Positions 51,918-64,000 of a DNA stretch of 64,000 nt are shown one piece after another. The DNA lies in NCBI GenBank assembly GCA_012295275.1, contig CM022670.1:26040001-26104000 (forward strand), read 5' to 3'. The position numbers and the translations under genes are program-made. How positions within the stretch are numbered: the first letter of the stretch is position 1; every line of letters begins with the position of its first letter. The notes under the pieces are model-generated. The model worked only from the letters and a program-made list of their open reading frames with translations. It did no database searches and was not told where the DNA came from. Origin of the DNA: Chrysomallon squamiferum (Eukaryota; Animalia; Mollusca).

Positions 51918-54900
51918 TTTTGGTCAAAATGTTAAAAAAACAAATATATAAATCTGATCTTCAGTTCTTTAAAAAATATTTTATTTATTCTAAACTATCT
52001 TGACAAAATTGTATAAATTATTCATAATTCTTCTTCTTATTATTTTTACATAGCCTTTATATAGATCTATGGTGGGTTTTTGGTGTTTTTTTTTTTTTTT
52101 TGATTCAGTGTAAAGCGATATATTATATTCTACCTATTGTTCAGTGTAATGATCCATATTGGTATGTTGTATTAACTTCTGTACTTGTAAATGAAACTTG
52201 AATCATTAGGCTAACAGTTCAGTGAGACTGAATGGGTTTCTGGCCAAATATTTTAATGTAATACAATAAATAGATGGATTCAGGATTTGATAAATGGGGT
52301 AGTGGTTTCATTGTCATTATAACATTCAAGGTGAAATGAGTTTTGCTATACTGAAATAAAATGCCAATGATACCCAGAATATGGATGTATCCTGTATGAA
52401 ATATCAATTTATTTCCATGTAATTGTATGTTTCTTTGTCAGTTACTGTGTTTAGTTGGTTTCATAAAGAACATTCTAGAATTAATATTTTACATTTTTCT
52501 TAAGAATTTTAATTGTATATATTCACAGTGGAAAACATGAACTTGATATTCAGTAAACATGTTTTTTAATAATTTCATTTAACTGATATAATTATATGTA
52601 ACTTGTATCTAAGTGAATGTTTGTTTAATTGTTGAAAGAAAGCCTTTTTTTAATATCTGTTTTTACCTCCATCATTTTTCAAAACTCAGATATATTGTTT
52701 AATTGTTTGTAGTTCATTTTGAATTTGACTACCTAATTAAAGATAATGTTATTGTTTTGTTTTTAAAATTTTAAAACTTAAAATTTCTTTTAACCCAAAG
52801 AATTTATGTTTAATTATTATAGTTAATTTTGTATTTAACTAAAATATTTTAATGTTAATGATTATTAATATGTATGTGGTTTTTAATGTTGAAATATCTT
52901 GTTTTTGGGTAATGAAATAGCTTGTGGTTTTTATATAATGATGATTTTAGACATGAAATCTTGTGGCTCATCTTCATGTCTTAATCTTATTAATTAGCTG
53001 CATGGAAATATTTTATATGAACCTTCCCTGTAATGGGAATAATGTTTATTATATAGCACTGGCTTCAAATGGAGATAACCCAAGCAAAGTAGTGACAAGG
53101 ATAGATCCTGTTAGTAATTGTACTCAGACCATACCAACTATTTTTTTTTTAGCTTACTCCCTGCAGTATTGTTTGTTAAAATTTATATATCTTAGCCTAT
53201 AATGAAAATCTGTAACAGAGTTTTGGATGTTAATCTGAAAATATATTTGATATACCTATGCTGCTAACATTACACATGTCAAGTTATTTACTGTATATTC
53301 TGTTCAAACACATGACCAAAAAGTTATTACCTTGTGTTTTGATAAATTGTCCCCTTATGGTTTTCAGTCTTCAATTCAATTTATTTTATAGAGTGTTGTA
53401 AGCAAATGGCAGTGGTAATAAAAAATGAAGCATTACTTGGTTTTATCACAAACAGGCAGCTTGAGATAAAATATCTCTTGAATGCAGTTTTCAGATAAGA
53501 TTTAGGTGGTAATATTTTGGTTATAGTCAGTTTTCTGCCAAAGTGAGAAAATTAAAAAATACAGGCATTATATCTGTTAATGAATTTCTGTTGGATACAG
53601 GATACTTCCCTTGTAAACACATAAAAACTCTGCTGATTTTCAGTATTTTTCTTCATTATAACAAAACTCATTAAATGAATGTTAATAGTTTTTTTTTCTT
53701 GAACAACAGAACCTGATGAAATTTCTTTAAGACAAAATCTATATTAAAGCCTTTTTTTTTTTCATAAATTATTTTGTTAAAACTTATCTTCTCGCATTAG
53801 TGGTATACATATGTGCAGTAAATATTGTCTATGTTTTTAAAAAATTTAAATCTATTTTATAAAAATTATAAAAGAGTTAAATAATATTATGTAATATAAA
53901 CTTGAATGTTTTAACTGATTAAAACATTTATTATTTTTGGCTTTGATTGTAACTTGTTTCGGTATGACAATCCTTGATGTACAATGGATTTCACCCTTTG
54001 ATGTTCAAAGTATCAAATTATCCTTCAGTTTAACAATATGTAATTTATATCAGAAGATTAAAACAAAATCATTTACATTTTAATACAACAGTGTTTTTAA
54101 TTAATTAATTTATTTTATTATTTTAGTTTATCATCTGAGCAAAATATATGAGGTTTTATTTTATAATGCAGTTATTTATGAGCTACAGTAGTGCAAAAGG
54201 GTAGGACAGAGGAGATATTATTAAATTTATGTGAAATTTCAGTTTGCATATTTTATTTATATTACTTTTATTTATAAACAGGACATGTTTATGTGCTAAA
54301 TATTATATTTATTTAATGTTTGTACTATATCCTGATAATAAAATGTTACATATTATAGCAATTGAACATGTTATTTTCAGACAGTTAAAAATTTATATTT
54401 CATAAGAGTATGTATATGACATTTTCACATTCATGTTTGTGATGGATTTGATGTTTTCATGCCTGTGATGTTTGTTTATACATGGGTGTCATATTGAATG
54501 AATTATTTCAACCTTGAGTTATTTCCAGTTATGGGGAAAAAAGTCATACTAATTATTACTGATTTTTAATTTTTTTAATTATATTTCTTGTTTGAAGGAT
54601 TTAAAATTTTCTTGTTATTTTTATATTTAGATGGAGTTATCTTAAAAAGACCTCAGTAAAACAGCCTGTATTAGCATGAACAAACAATATAAACAAGCTT
54701 TTGGTTATATATTTTTGCTAATAAAGTATGGGGAAAAAAAAAAAAAAAAAAAAAAATAATAATCGTGAGCTCTTTTCTTTTTATATCTTTTAATATAGAG
54801 AAATAGATACTGTATCTTTGCTTCTAATAGATATAAAAAATTAAAACCCCACAAAATTTCTCACCAATAAACATTTGATGTGATTTATAATGTTAAACAA

Positions 54901-55999
54901 TTCTTGGTACCCTATACTGAAGAACTTAATCTAGTTTGCTCATCATTTTTTTGTTGTTGATGATTTTCAGCAATGCATGTGAGCTATGGAAATGGGAATA
55001 GTATTAAAATGAAGTTTATTACATAATCGAGTAACGTCCAGTTGCTACTTAACAAGTGATTTGATCTATTGTGTCATATTATATTATTATTTATCATCAT
55101 CATCATAATAAAGATATGGTTACCAGAATCAAATCTGTAATTTGTAAGTAAAACCAGTATATCTAGGTTCTTTGTTTATGTAATGGAAGATAACAAAACA
55201 AAACAAACAAAAACGAAACAACAAAAAACAAAACAACAAAAAAACAACAACTAAAAACCCTAAACAATTTCAAAACAAACAAAAACCCTTGCTTAACAAA
55301 AACCCTCATAAAAACACACAAAGAGACATTTTTCAGATCCGATTATTGTAATGTATTGCAATGGGAGTTTATACCTTTTCCTTTTCTTTTCACAAGTAAA
55401 CTGATTTAAAAAAAGGGGGGAAAAAAACCTTAAAATTTCTTAAAACATTTTTTTTTGTTGGTAGTTTCATACCTATGTGACACATACAATAAATTCAAGT
55501 GTAATTAATTTAATTTTAAAAATTTTGTTTGTCAGATGACTCTCATAATCATAAATTATAATGAAATAATACTGGCTATTACTGGCTTAAATAGACAGAA
55601 AGTCAGACAGACAAACAGATATATAGAGAAATATATAAATAAATAATTTTAGGTATTAGAAAGCAAATGCAAGTATTTTTGAAAAAAATCACAAGTAAAA
55701 AAAAAAGTTCAGTAAATAAAAATACAAAATACTACATAGATTTTAATTGACAACTCATACATTAATAGTTGTATGTTGATTATGATGTTGTAAGAAAAGG
55801 AAGCCAGTATTACTAGGAAAATGTAATGATAATAATGATGATGATGATGATAATGATAATGATAATAATAAATAGGAGCAACTACAGCAGCAATAGTAAA
55901 CAAAAATAATAGTGGTAGGAGTAATAGCTAAGTATAACAACAACAGTAATAACTAACAACAAGAAAAACAGAAGAATAATAATGACAACAACAATAATA

Positions 56000-56045
<46 letters not shown>

Positions 56046-57027
56046 CAGTATTTAATAACAACAATATTTAATAATAATAAAATAAGTATGATATTAATGC
56101 AATAACTGATTATTTCATAAAGTATTATATCTTAAAATTTATTCACTATTGCAGACTGAGTTGATGCAGAAATATTCTTACTACTTCTTTTATGTTTTGG
56201 TCTTCATATTATTCTGAGCTTAAATTTAGACACAAATTCACAAAACTTTGTATTCTATTTATGTTACAGCTAATTACTTCATGTCAGAAAACAACTATTA
56301 TGATCTTAACATTATTAAAAGTCAACCCTCATGATGTAGTTATCTCTATATTTATAAAACAGTTATTGCATTTGTTACTTTTAATATTATCAAATCATTA
56401 AAATATTCCATGTGTTTATGTTAAATAAGTATATGAGATAAATTATCTGAAATATTGCTTCTTCAGAAAATGCTAAATAGTAACCAAACAAAATGAGTGT
56501 TCACCTATTTTTAGAAAGGTCTCAATCCATATTTTTTTTTCATTACAATTCACCATATCAAAAAGACCCGTTCATTTGCTATTTGGAGTAAATGCTGTGA
56601 CTTCCATTGTCTCAGAACTCCGTTGCCAGTGGTGACTATCAATATCTGTTCATAATCCACGTCAGTTTACGACAAATTATACTTTCTCGATAAGCTCACA
56701 ATGAGTATTTATGAGCTGGCACAAAAAGCTTTGTCAATCAGCGATAGTATCAAATACTTTTCTTCATCAGTCTTCACTGGGACAATTGTTCTTAATGTAC
56801 CGGAGTGTAGTGTGATTTAACTGAGATTTCACCGATTAGGAATGGGTAGTTCGATTTTGTGTGAAATTTCAAACATCTGACATGGTGTTTTAAATAAAAT
56901 TTGAATGAAACACAAGGCTCTAAATAAAAAAAAATATTTTTACTGTGTTTATGCATTTTCCCATGAAACTTCAGTTGTTTAAAGAAACCAGAACTAATTT
57001 GATGTGAATTTAAGTTTTACTAGTTGG

Positions 57028-57141
57028 GTCTGGAATTCAGGGTTTTCAATAAAAAATTATCTTTACTGCATATATACCTTTTTTGTCTGGAATTCAGGGT
57101 TTTGAATAAAAAAATGTCTTTACTGCATATATACATTTTTT
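57028..57141. repeat. Tandem duplication of ~57 bp
   Basis: gtctggaattcagggttttsaataaaaaa..tctttactgcatatatac.tttttt occurs twice (57028, 57085). Confidence 0.9.
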
Positions 57142-60100
57142 GTTTCAGCAACAAACTTCATATTAAAGTTTTCTAAAAGAACCTGAATTTTCTTGAGCAG
57201 CATGGTTGCTAGGACCCAGTAGTGTGGTTAAGACAGGCAGTGGTCAGTTGGTGGGTGTCAAGCTGTTCTAGTGTTCTCTGATGTTTATATTATAATCCAC
57301 AAAGAAAAATAGTTCTGTTTCTCAGATGTCTTCATTCATAGTTTCAGAAATTAAAACATTAATCATTTAATTTTAAAATCATTGTTAGTTTAGTGGGTAT
57401 TCTAGCCTTACAGTGTTTGAAAGTGGGCAAAATGTGAAAAAAGGTTTACTAAACACTGAGTTTATAGATTTGAACTCAAAATCTTATAGGGTGATTTAAT
57501 GAATATTTATCTTCAGAGAGAAATTGTCTGAAGGAATCTGAATGTAACAGTAATTATTAGATTTGAATTTGGGTTTTACTAAATGTATCTGGGTAGATCA
57601 TTTAATATGGAATTTTTAGAATTAAGTTACTACACTGGATTGAAATCTTTTTTTGTGAAACTTCAACAAAATTATTTGTCTTAAAGTTTCAGAGCTTACA
57701 TTATTTTTTCAGACATAAATAATAACACTGGGTCTTATGGACCTAGTTTTATTATAATTATGTTTTTAAATTTTATCTATATGTTATTTGTTTGAAAATA
57801 AAATACAAGCGATATCATAGAACATTCACTGTTATTAAGGTATAGGATATTGTAACATTAGCACACAATTCTTACATTAAGAAAAGGATTTAAATTCAGA
57901 TTTCACTGATATGATCTGGACAGACCATTCAATATGGAGTTTTAAATGAAAGATATATGTTTAAACTGGATATATATGTATATATAGATTCAGGTTGGTA
58001 GCTCATTATTTTCAGTTGTTGTGTAATAATGTAGAGTTATAGTTGTTTTATATTAGAAATTTTATTCATTGTTTTTCTTATAAATAAATTCTGTAGGTTT
58101 ATTATTTTCTGATCTGTTCTTGTACATTTTGGGTCATTACAATATATTATAGTTATTAAATGGAAGCAGTGTGAATCAGAATCTGAAATAAGGTTTTACA
58201 TCCAAGCAGATGTTTCATGAAGATAACAGAAAGTCTATGAATATGATTTTAAAACTGAAAATACACTAGCAATAAAAATGAATTTGGTACACACAGTATT
58301 TGCCAGTATCTCGATAATAATGCAATTTTCACAATATCATTTTGTTTACAGAAAATATTACGTAAAGAACTTGCATGACATCTGTTACCCTTGGTTACAC
58401 AAATAGTTCTATGCTGATAATGATTTTTTTTTTCTTTTACCTGTTTGTTTGCATGTACTAATGCAACCAAGTGCAGGGCAAACTGTATATAAATTATCAT
58501 AATTATGTACTAAACAGCAATTCAAGCATAGCTATCTGGCTAAATTGTTTGATCATAGCCATGCTGTAAAATGTTTGATAACAGTTGTTTGTTCAAATCT
58601 GTCATTAGGAACAACTCCCTTTTAACTTTTACACAGAACACATAATGACCAGTTTACAACAGAAATATGGTAGTATTGCCATGTTTGTACAGGTTTTTGT
58701 GTGTACATATAAACAGTCTGATAGAACTTTTATTTAAAACCACCCTGAAGCAGTTCATTTCTTAAACTTCACACAAACCATGTACATATTCAAATAACTG
58801 TAGGAAATAAAATTTGCTTTGGATTAAGTTATGCTTATTAGCTTATTGGCCGTTTTAAGAGTGGAGGTAATTTTCAAGCTGGGTTATAAAACTTATTGTG
58901 ATAGTGAATAAAGAAGCCTAATATATTATAGATTTTACACACAGAGACACACCCATATACACACATGCATATATATACACACATGAATATATATGCAATT
59001 ATATATAACTAGATTCATATATTCATACATATGTAATTACACAGATATACACAAACATGTAGATATACATAGATACGTACACACACACACTTACATACTC
59101 ATACATACATGCATACAGATATACACATATTCATTTACACAAAACGATACATACACTTCATACATACACACACAAACAACTACATTTGTATAGATAAACA
59201 GTGATTCAGTCAAATTTATTTATTCTTTTACATACACATTAACACATATAATACAAAATTTGTGACACAAAATGAATACACAGATCATAGTTGACCACTG
59301 ATTCCTTGGCACCAGTTTCGGTTATTCTACATTTGATCAGTGCTTAATCACTGCCACAAAAACCTTCTCTTGTCCACGTACGGGTCATAAAACACACTGT
59401 TCAGGAATGTATCCTTTTTACCTCTTTCCAGGGCTGTAAGAGGCTTGTCAGAGAAATCAATGTAAGAAGCTAATGGAAGGTGAACAAAGAATCAGGTGCA
59501 ATGTCGTGGCACAATGCCTGGTTGCATGTAGGGAAGGAAGTCAAGACGGTTTAACCGTTAAAAACATGACGTGTCCTTGTTTATAAATTAAAAAAGGCTT
59601 TGGTGCAAGTTAAGGGATATTATTGAAAGGTAGAGACAGTATCAAATTAGTGTAATTCAGCAGATACCTTTTTTTTTTGTAGGATTTTTTTTTTTTTTTT
59701 GGTTAGTGTGTTAAAAAACCCATGTGTCTGAGAGGTGTTTAGCATATATACTGAAATATTTTGAGGTTTCATTAATCCTTTATTCAGTCAAGGCTTTAAT
59801 ATTTACTAAACAGAGTAAAAGTTTCAATTTTTTTTTTATATAATAAAAACAAACCCTCCAAAAAACAATGTAGGTGCTTGTTTTCCCACATTACTCTTCT
59901 TGTGTTACTTTCATAAAATAATAACTATTTCTTCTTGAAGGATTTAACAGTCTTTTGACAATAAAAATTTAAATGTCTTTTAACTTTCAAACATAAATTT
60001 TTTACTAACTGTATTATAAATTATCACTTTAACATTGCCCTCTTGATTACCTTTTAAGTGACTACTGTAGTGGTCATGGTTTTGTCTTCTCTCACAATAT

Positions 60101-60772
60101 ACTGATATAATATGAATTATAACAGCATCCATGATGTATCATGTCACATTTTCACCACTGTAGTATGATGCCAGGATGTCAACAATATTGTTCAAATTTA
60201 GATGAAGGCTTTAATCTGGGAACTGAAGAGTTTAATTTCTGCTTGAAAAAAAAATCTAAATATATTTTTCTTATCAGTATGTATCAAAGTGCTATGGTTA
60301 GCAGGTTATATGAAAAAGAAATATTTATATGATGATCTTGAATAATCCTGAATAGATATTTATTTTAATATTTTATCCCAAGTCTTTCACTTTTGGCCTG
60401 ACTAAAGGTAATCATTCTTCTTCCATTTAGAGAAGACTGCTTTACTTTAGTTTTCGGTGTAAGATCAGGTCAAAGTATGCCTGTCATGCCACTCTTTCAT
60501 CAAAATCTGTACTGTTGCAAAATTATTTAATAAAAATAAACATGATAAGTATCTTTATTAACTGCTTAAACAGTAAAGAGAGTGACTTCCATTGTAATCA
60601 AACTGATTATCTCAGCAGTTATGATACACTTTGTTACAAAAAGATCTCTGGTTTGGTCTGTCCTATCATGTTTTAACTGTTCCAGTACAACACTTGATAC
60701 TTTGTCTACTTCTCTTTTAGCTAAGTTTTGCCATTATTGTTGTTGTTGTTATTATTATTATTATTATTGTTA

Positions 60773-60850
60773 TTAAAGGGAACTTCTAGAGCACATAATT
60801 CTGTTTACATACACACGTCAGCGCTCTGGAGAGCACAGAACCACCTTTAA
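60773..60850. mobile_element. Short palindromic MITE-like relic with TTAA flanks and AGG...CCT ends (Kolobok-type)
   Basis: TTAA-AGG(60777)...CCT(60846)-TTAA, with internal imperfect inverted repeat ttctagagcac / gcgctctggag. Confidence 0.4.
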
Positions 60851-60860
60851 TGACATAATT

Positions 60861-61000
60861 ACTGGTGCAGTTCACATCATACACATACTTATGGCTGAGT
60901 GAACCAAAGACACCATATCACAGGATTTGGGGTCTTGAACTCCCAGTATTTTTTTTTAGTTAAGGGGGGTCCAACACTAACCACTGTATGATCATGGCAC
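60861..61000 (-). mobile_element. Degenerate tRNA-derived SINE relic
   Basis: Minus strand gtgccatgatcataCAGTGGTTAGtgttgg (A-box-like) ... ggGAGTTCAAGACccc (B-box-like), followed by a non-tRNA body; no cloverleaf. Confidence 0.5.
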
Positions 61001-62599
61001 TTTAGATGGTGATACCCATCTGATAATAAAGATGTTAATTAATAAATTACAAATTTAATACATATTGGCTATCCCTTGTCTGGAGTCCTTGAGAATCAAT
61101 CATAAACAGCGAGTCTCAATTTATTTGTATTATCTGATATAAAACATTCTTTAAAACTTGTAATCCATACAGATTAAAATTAATAATATATCCAAAGTCA
61201 ATTATACAAGTGTACCGACAAGTAAAAAATAAATTGAAGGGTTGTTTTGGATAATGTCTGAGTTTTTTCTGGGGTTTTTCAGATTTTTAAAAGTTTGTTA
61301 TTATTTTTCTTTATCAAATTGTACTGTTGAATAATATTGCCTAATATTTAAACAAAACTCAAAGGACTTTTTTTTTTTTTTTTTTTTTAAATTTTAAAGT
61401 GTTGTTAAGTGCTGTGCTCATAATGTGACAGGCCAGATACTTCTAGCTATCAATAAACAAACATTCCTTTCAAATTCATGATAATGTAGGGAACAAACTG
61501 TTGAAAATGACCTTTCTTTGTTATCATGTTCAATATTTTTTAACCTCTTTCTTTGTTCTGTTTTATCAAACCTTCTTGTCAAGTGCATTTCAGATTACTG
61601 TCCATTTCATTTTGTAAATCGATGACGTCAACTAAACAGTTTGTACACACATTTCAAAGAGCCTAGTGATAAAACACAATCCTAGAGTTTTCACTGCTCA
61701 ACCTTTCCTGTAGTTGTTGTTCTTTCATTAGTTTTTCTAGCATTCCTGTGTAATGAAGGAGTGGGCAGGATTTCCAGAATACAATATTTACTTTGTTACC
61801 AGAGGGTCACAGAATCAGGTGGTTGCAGTTGATTGATCTGTAGGGCTGTCTTGTTTTTCATTTAGTAATCATCTAAAGTCATTTCTTGTCCCATTGATTG
61901 TTTTAATAAAACAGAAAAGATTAATAATCAGTAATTGGTAAAATACCTTTTAAAAGTCTACTTTTTCTACTACTACTATTTCATTTACTTCTGCTACTAC
62001 CATTTCTACTACTACTATTAATACTATTATATGTACTAGTACTACTATTTCTAATATTTCTGTGTAACTGATTGCAGACAAATGTCATCCTGACCATATG
62101 CTATTGTTATTGTTTTTAAAACTGAATACAATAGAAATACCCTCTGAATAAGAACAATTAATATTCTAAATCTCCATTATTTCTTCACCTTGACAACAGC
62201 ATTTTAGCTGTAATCGTAAACAGAAGATCTCAAAAGGAAATATTATTAAAACAAACATTGTCATCATTTCATTATTTGTTCTGATTGCAAACATTTGTCA
62301 GGCCGGTTGTTCTACAACTTGTAAAGTTTTTGTTTTATCTGTGTTGTGGCAACTTGATTATGGCAGCACGCTTGATAAATATGATACAGAATAATTGTAT
62401 TTGCTCAGTGAGCTGGCTAAGTAGAATGTATTGGTACAACACTTAGAAAGAATGACCTTACTGGAAGCAAATCTTAAACATGAATTGTGCATTACACAAT
62501 GTGGACAATATCACTGCATTCATGAACTGTTTAAAAAAAATATGGTTTGCAGATGGGTGACAACATTATCATTATTGTGTTGTAAATCCAGTTCTAATT

Positions 62600-62723
62600 G
62601 TTTTTATTGCATGCTTGACATATTAAATATGTACCTTAGAAAACAAAATGAACTTTTAGTTGTTTTTTGTTATTTAATTTTTTTTTTTTTAAAAACCTGT
62701 TTTTTCTTCTTCCTTTTTTTTTT

Positions 62724-62758
<35 letters not shown>

Positions 62759-63570
62759 GTTTTAGTTGTTTTTAGTGTTAATAGTTTTTACTTTATGCAA
62801 GACACACTGCTTTTGTTGTTTTTATTATATAAATCGTTATTACAAACAAGATACATTAAATGGATATTAAAGTTTTTACATCTTGCCAAATACATTAAAT
62901 GTATACATTAACAAACAAAACATTTTAGTTAATGCTCTGTTTATAGCTTTTAGAGCATATCAGATATATTAAATATGTACCTGAGTAAATAAAATTAAAA
63001 GTTTCAGTTGGTTTTTATTACAGGTTCTTTTTTGTGCATACTAGATACATTAAATATATTCTTTAGTAAACAAAATAAACTATTTATACTTTCTTTAATA
63101 ATTTTTACTGAATACTAGATACAGAAAATATATATTTCACATAAACAAAATATATTTTTTTAATTGTTTTTATTACAATGTTTTTTGCTTCATGCAAAAT
63201 ACATTAAACATATATAATTTAAAAAAAAAGCTAATCTTATTGTTAATAGCTTTTACTGCATGTAGATGTATTAACTATGTATTTAATTATACAAAATAAA
63301 CAGTTTTAGTTAATACTTTCATAAATAACTTTTACTTAATACTAGATACCATATAGGCCACATAAACAAAATAAATATTTTTAATGTTACTGTTCATAGC
63401 TTTTGCAAGATATATTACTATATTAAATATATACTTAATTTTACAAAATAAACAATAGTAGTTTACATTATCATTAATAATTGTTACTGACTACTAGACA
63501 CTTTAAATATGCAGTTTGTAAACAAAATAAAAAAAATTTACCATTACAAAATGGTACCTTAAATATGTAC
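62600..63570. repeat. Degenerate ~75-bp tandem repeat array
   Basis: Motif tactagatacattaaatat...taaacaaaataaa...ttttagttaat recurs at ~62963, 63045, 63118, 63198, 63265, 63345, 63420, 63497. Confidence 0.75.
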
Positions 63571-64000
63571 TTGAATTGTAATTGTTTTTAAAATTAATGT
63601 TGGTTACCTCATTTAGTGATGTCTAGAAAGTTATTTATTTATAATAAATTTTAAATTTTTAAAAAAAAATGTTGGTTTATTTTTTTTCAGTGGTGATGGT
63701 TTTAGTCTGGGTGTAAAATGGATTTTAAACTGATAATTTATGCAGTTTAAAGGTCGTTTGAAATAAATTTGTGTAATAAAAAGTTTAGTATGAGCTGTTT
63801 CAGCATGTTATTTACAAATAACCTACATACATTTAAAATCTTTCTGTTTGGTAATTTTTAAAAACCCTGATTTTAAACACTGGACTTCAAATCAGTGCAG
63901 TAAGTTATAAAACATTATTAATTGATGTTCATATTAAAGGGTGCCATGGAATTGTCCAGGCAGTTTCAAGCCTTAAAACTGATTTGTTACTAACATGCTC

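Noticed and set aside
56540-56880. Higher-complexity stretch, possibly a decayed transposase
   Set aside because: Frames examined are interrupted by stops and show no recognisable motif.

Overview
AT-rich, microsatellite-rich eukaryotic genomic DNA with GT-AG introns. It is probably from a lophotrochozoan such as a mollusc (inferred from protein style and the mosaic CpG pattern; not proven). From left to right: (1) a minus-strand gene fragment built from two homologous duplicated exons; (2) an intronless histamine H3/H4-like class A GPCR; (3) a raftlin-like gene with two coding exons; (4) MMAA (6 coding exons, minus); (5) PPAT with an intronless CDS (minus), directly upstream of MMAA; (6) a CpG-enriched bidirectional promoter; (7) a large multi-exon PCM1 gene (plus); (8) an intronless orphan multi-TM protein ending in KRTRSGRRY; (9) the probable first exon of a further plus-strand gene whose first intron appears to run to the window end; plus assorted repeats. 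The most notable observations: PPAT and MMAA appear to form one transcription unit (PPAT nested in MMAA intron 1 and sharing 5' exons, or a spliced bicistronic read-through), and PCM1 has a pair of tandemly duplicated, probably mutually exclusive exons separated by only 35 nt. All exon calls come from manual reading of splice signals and frames, without transcript data.
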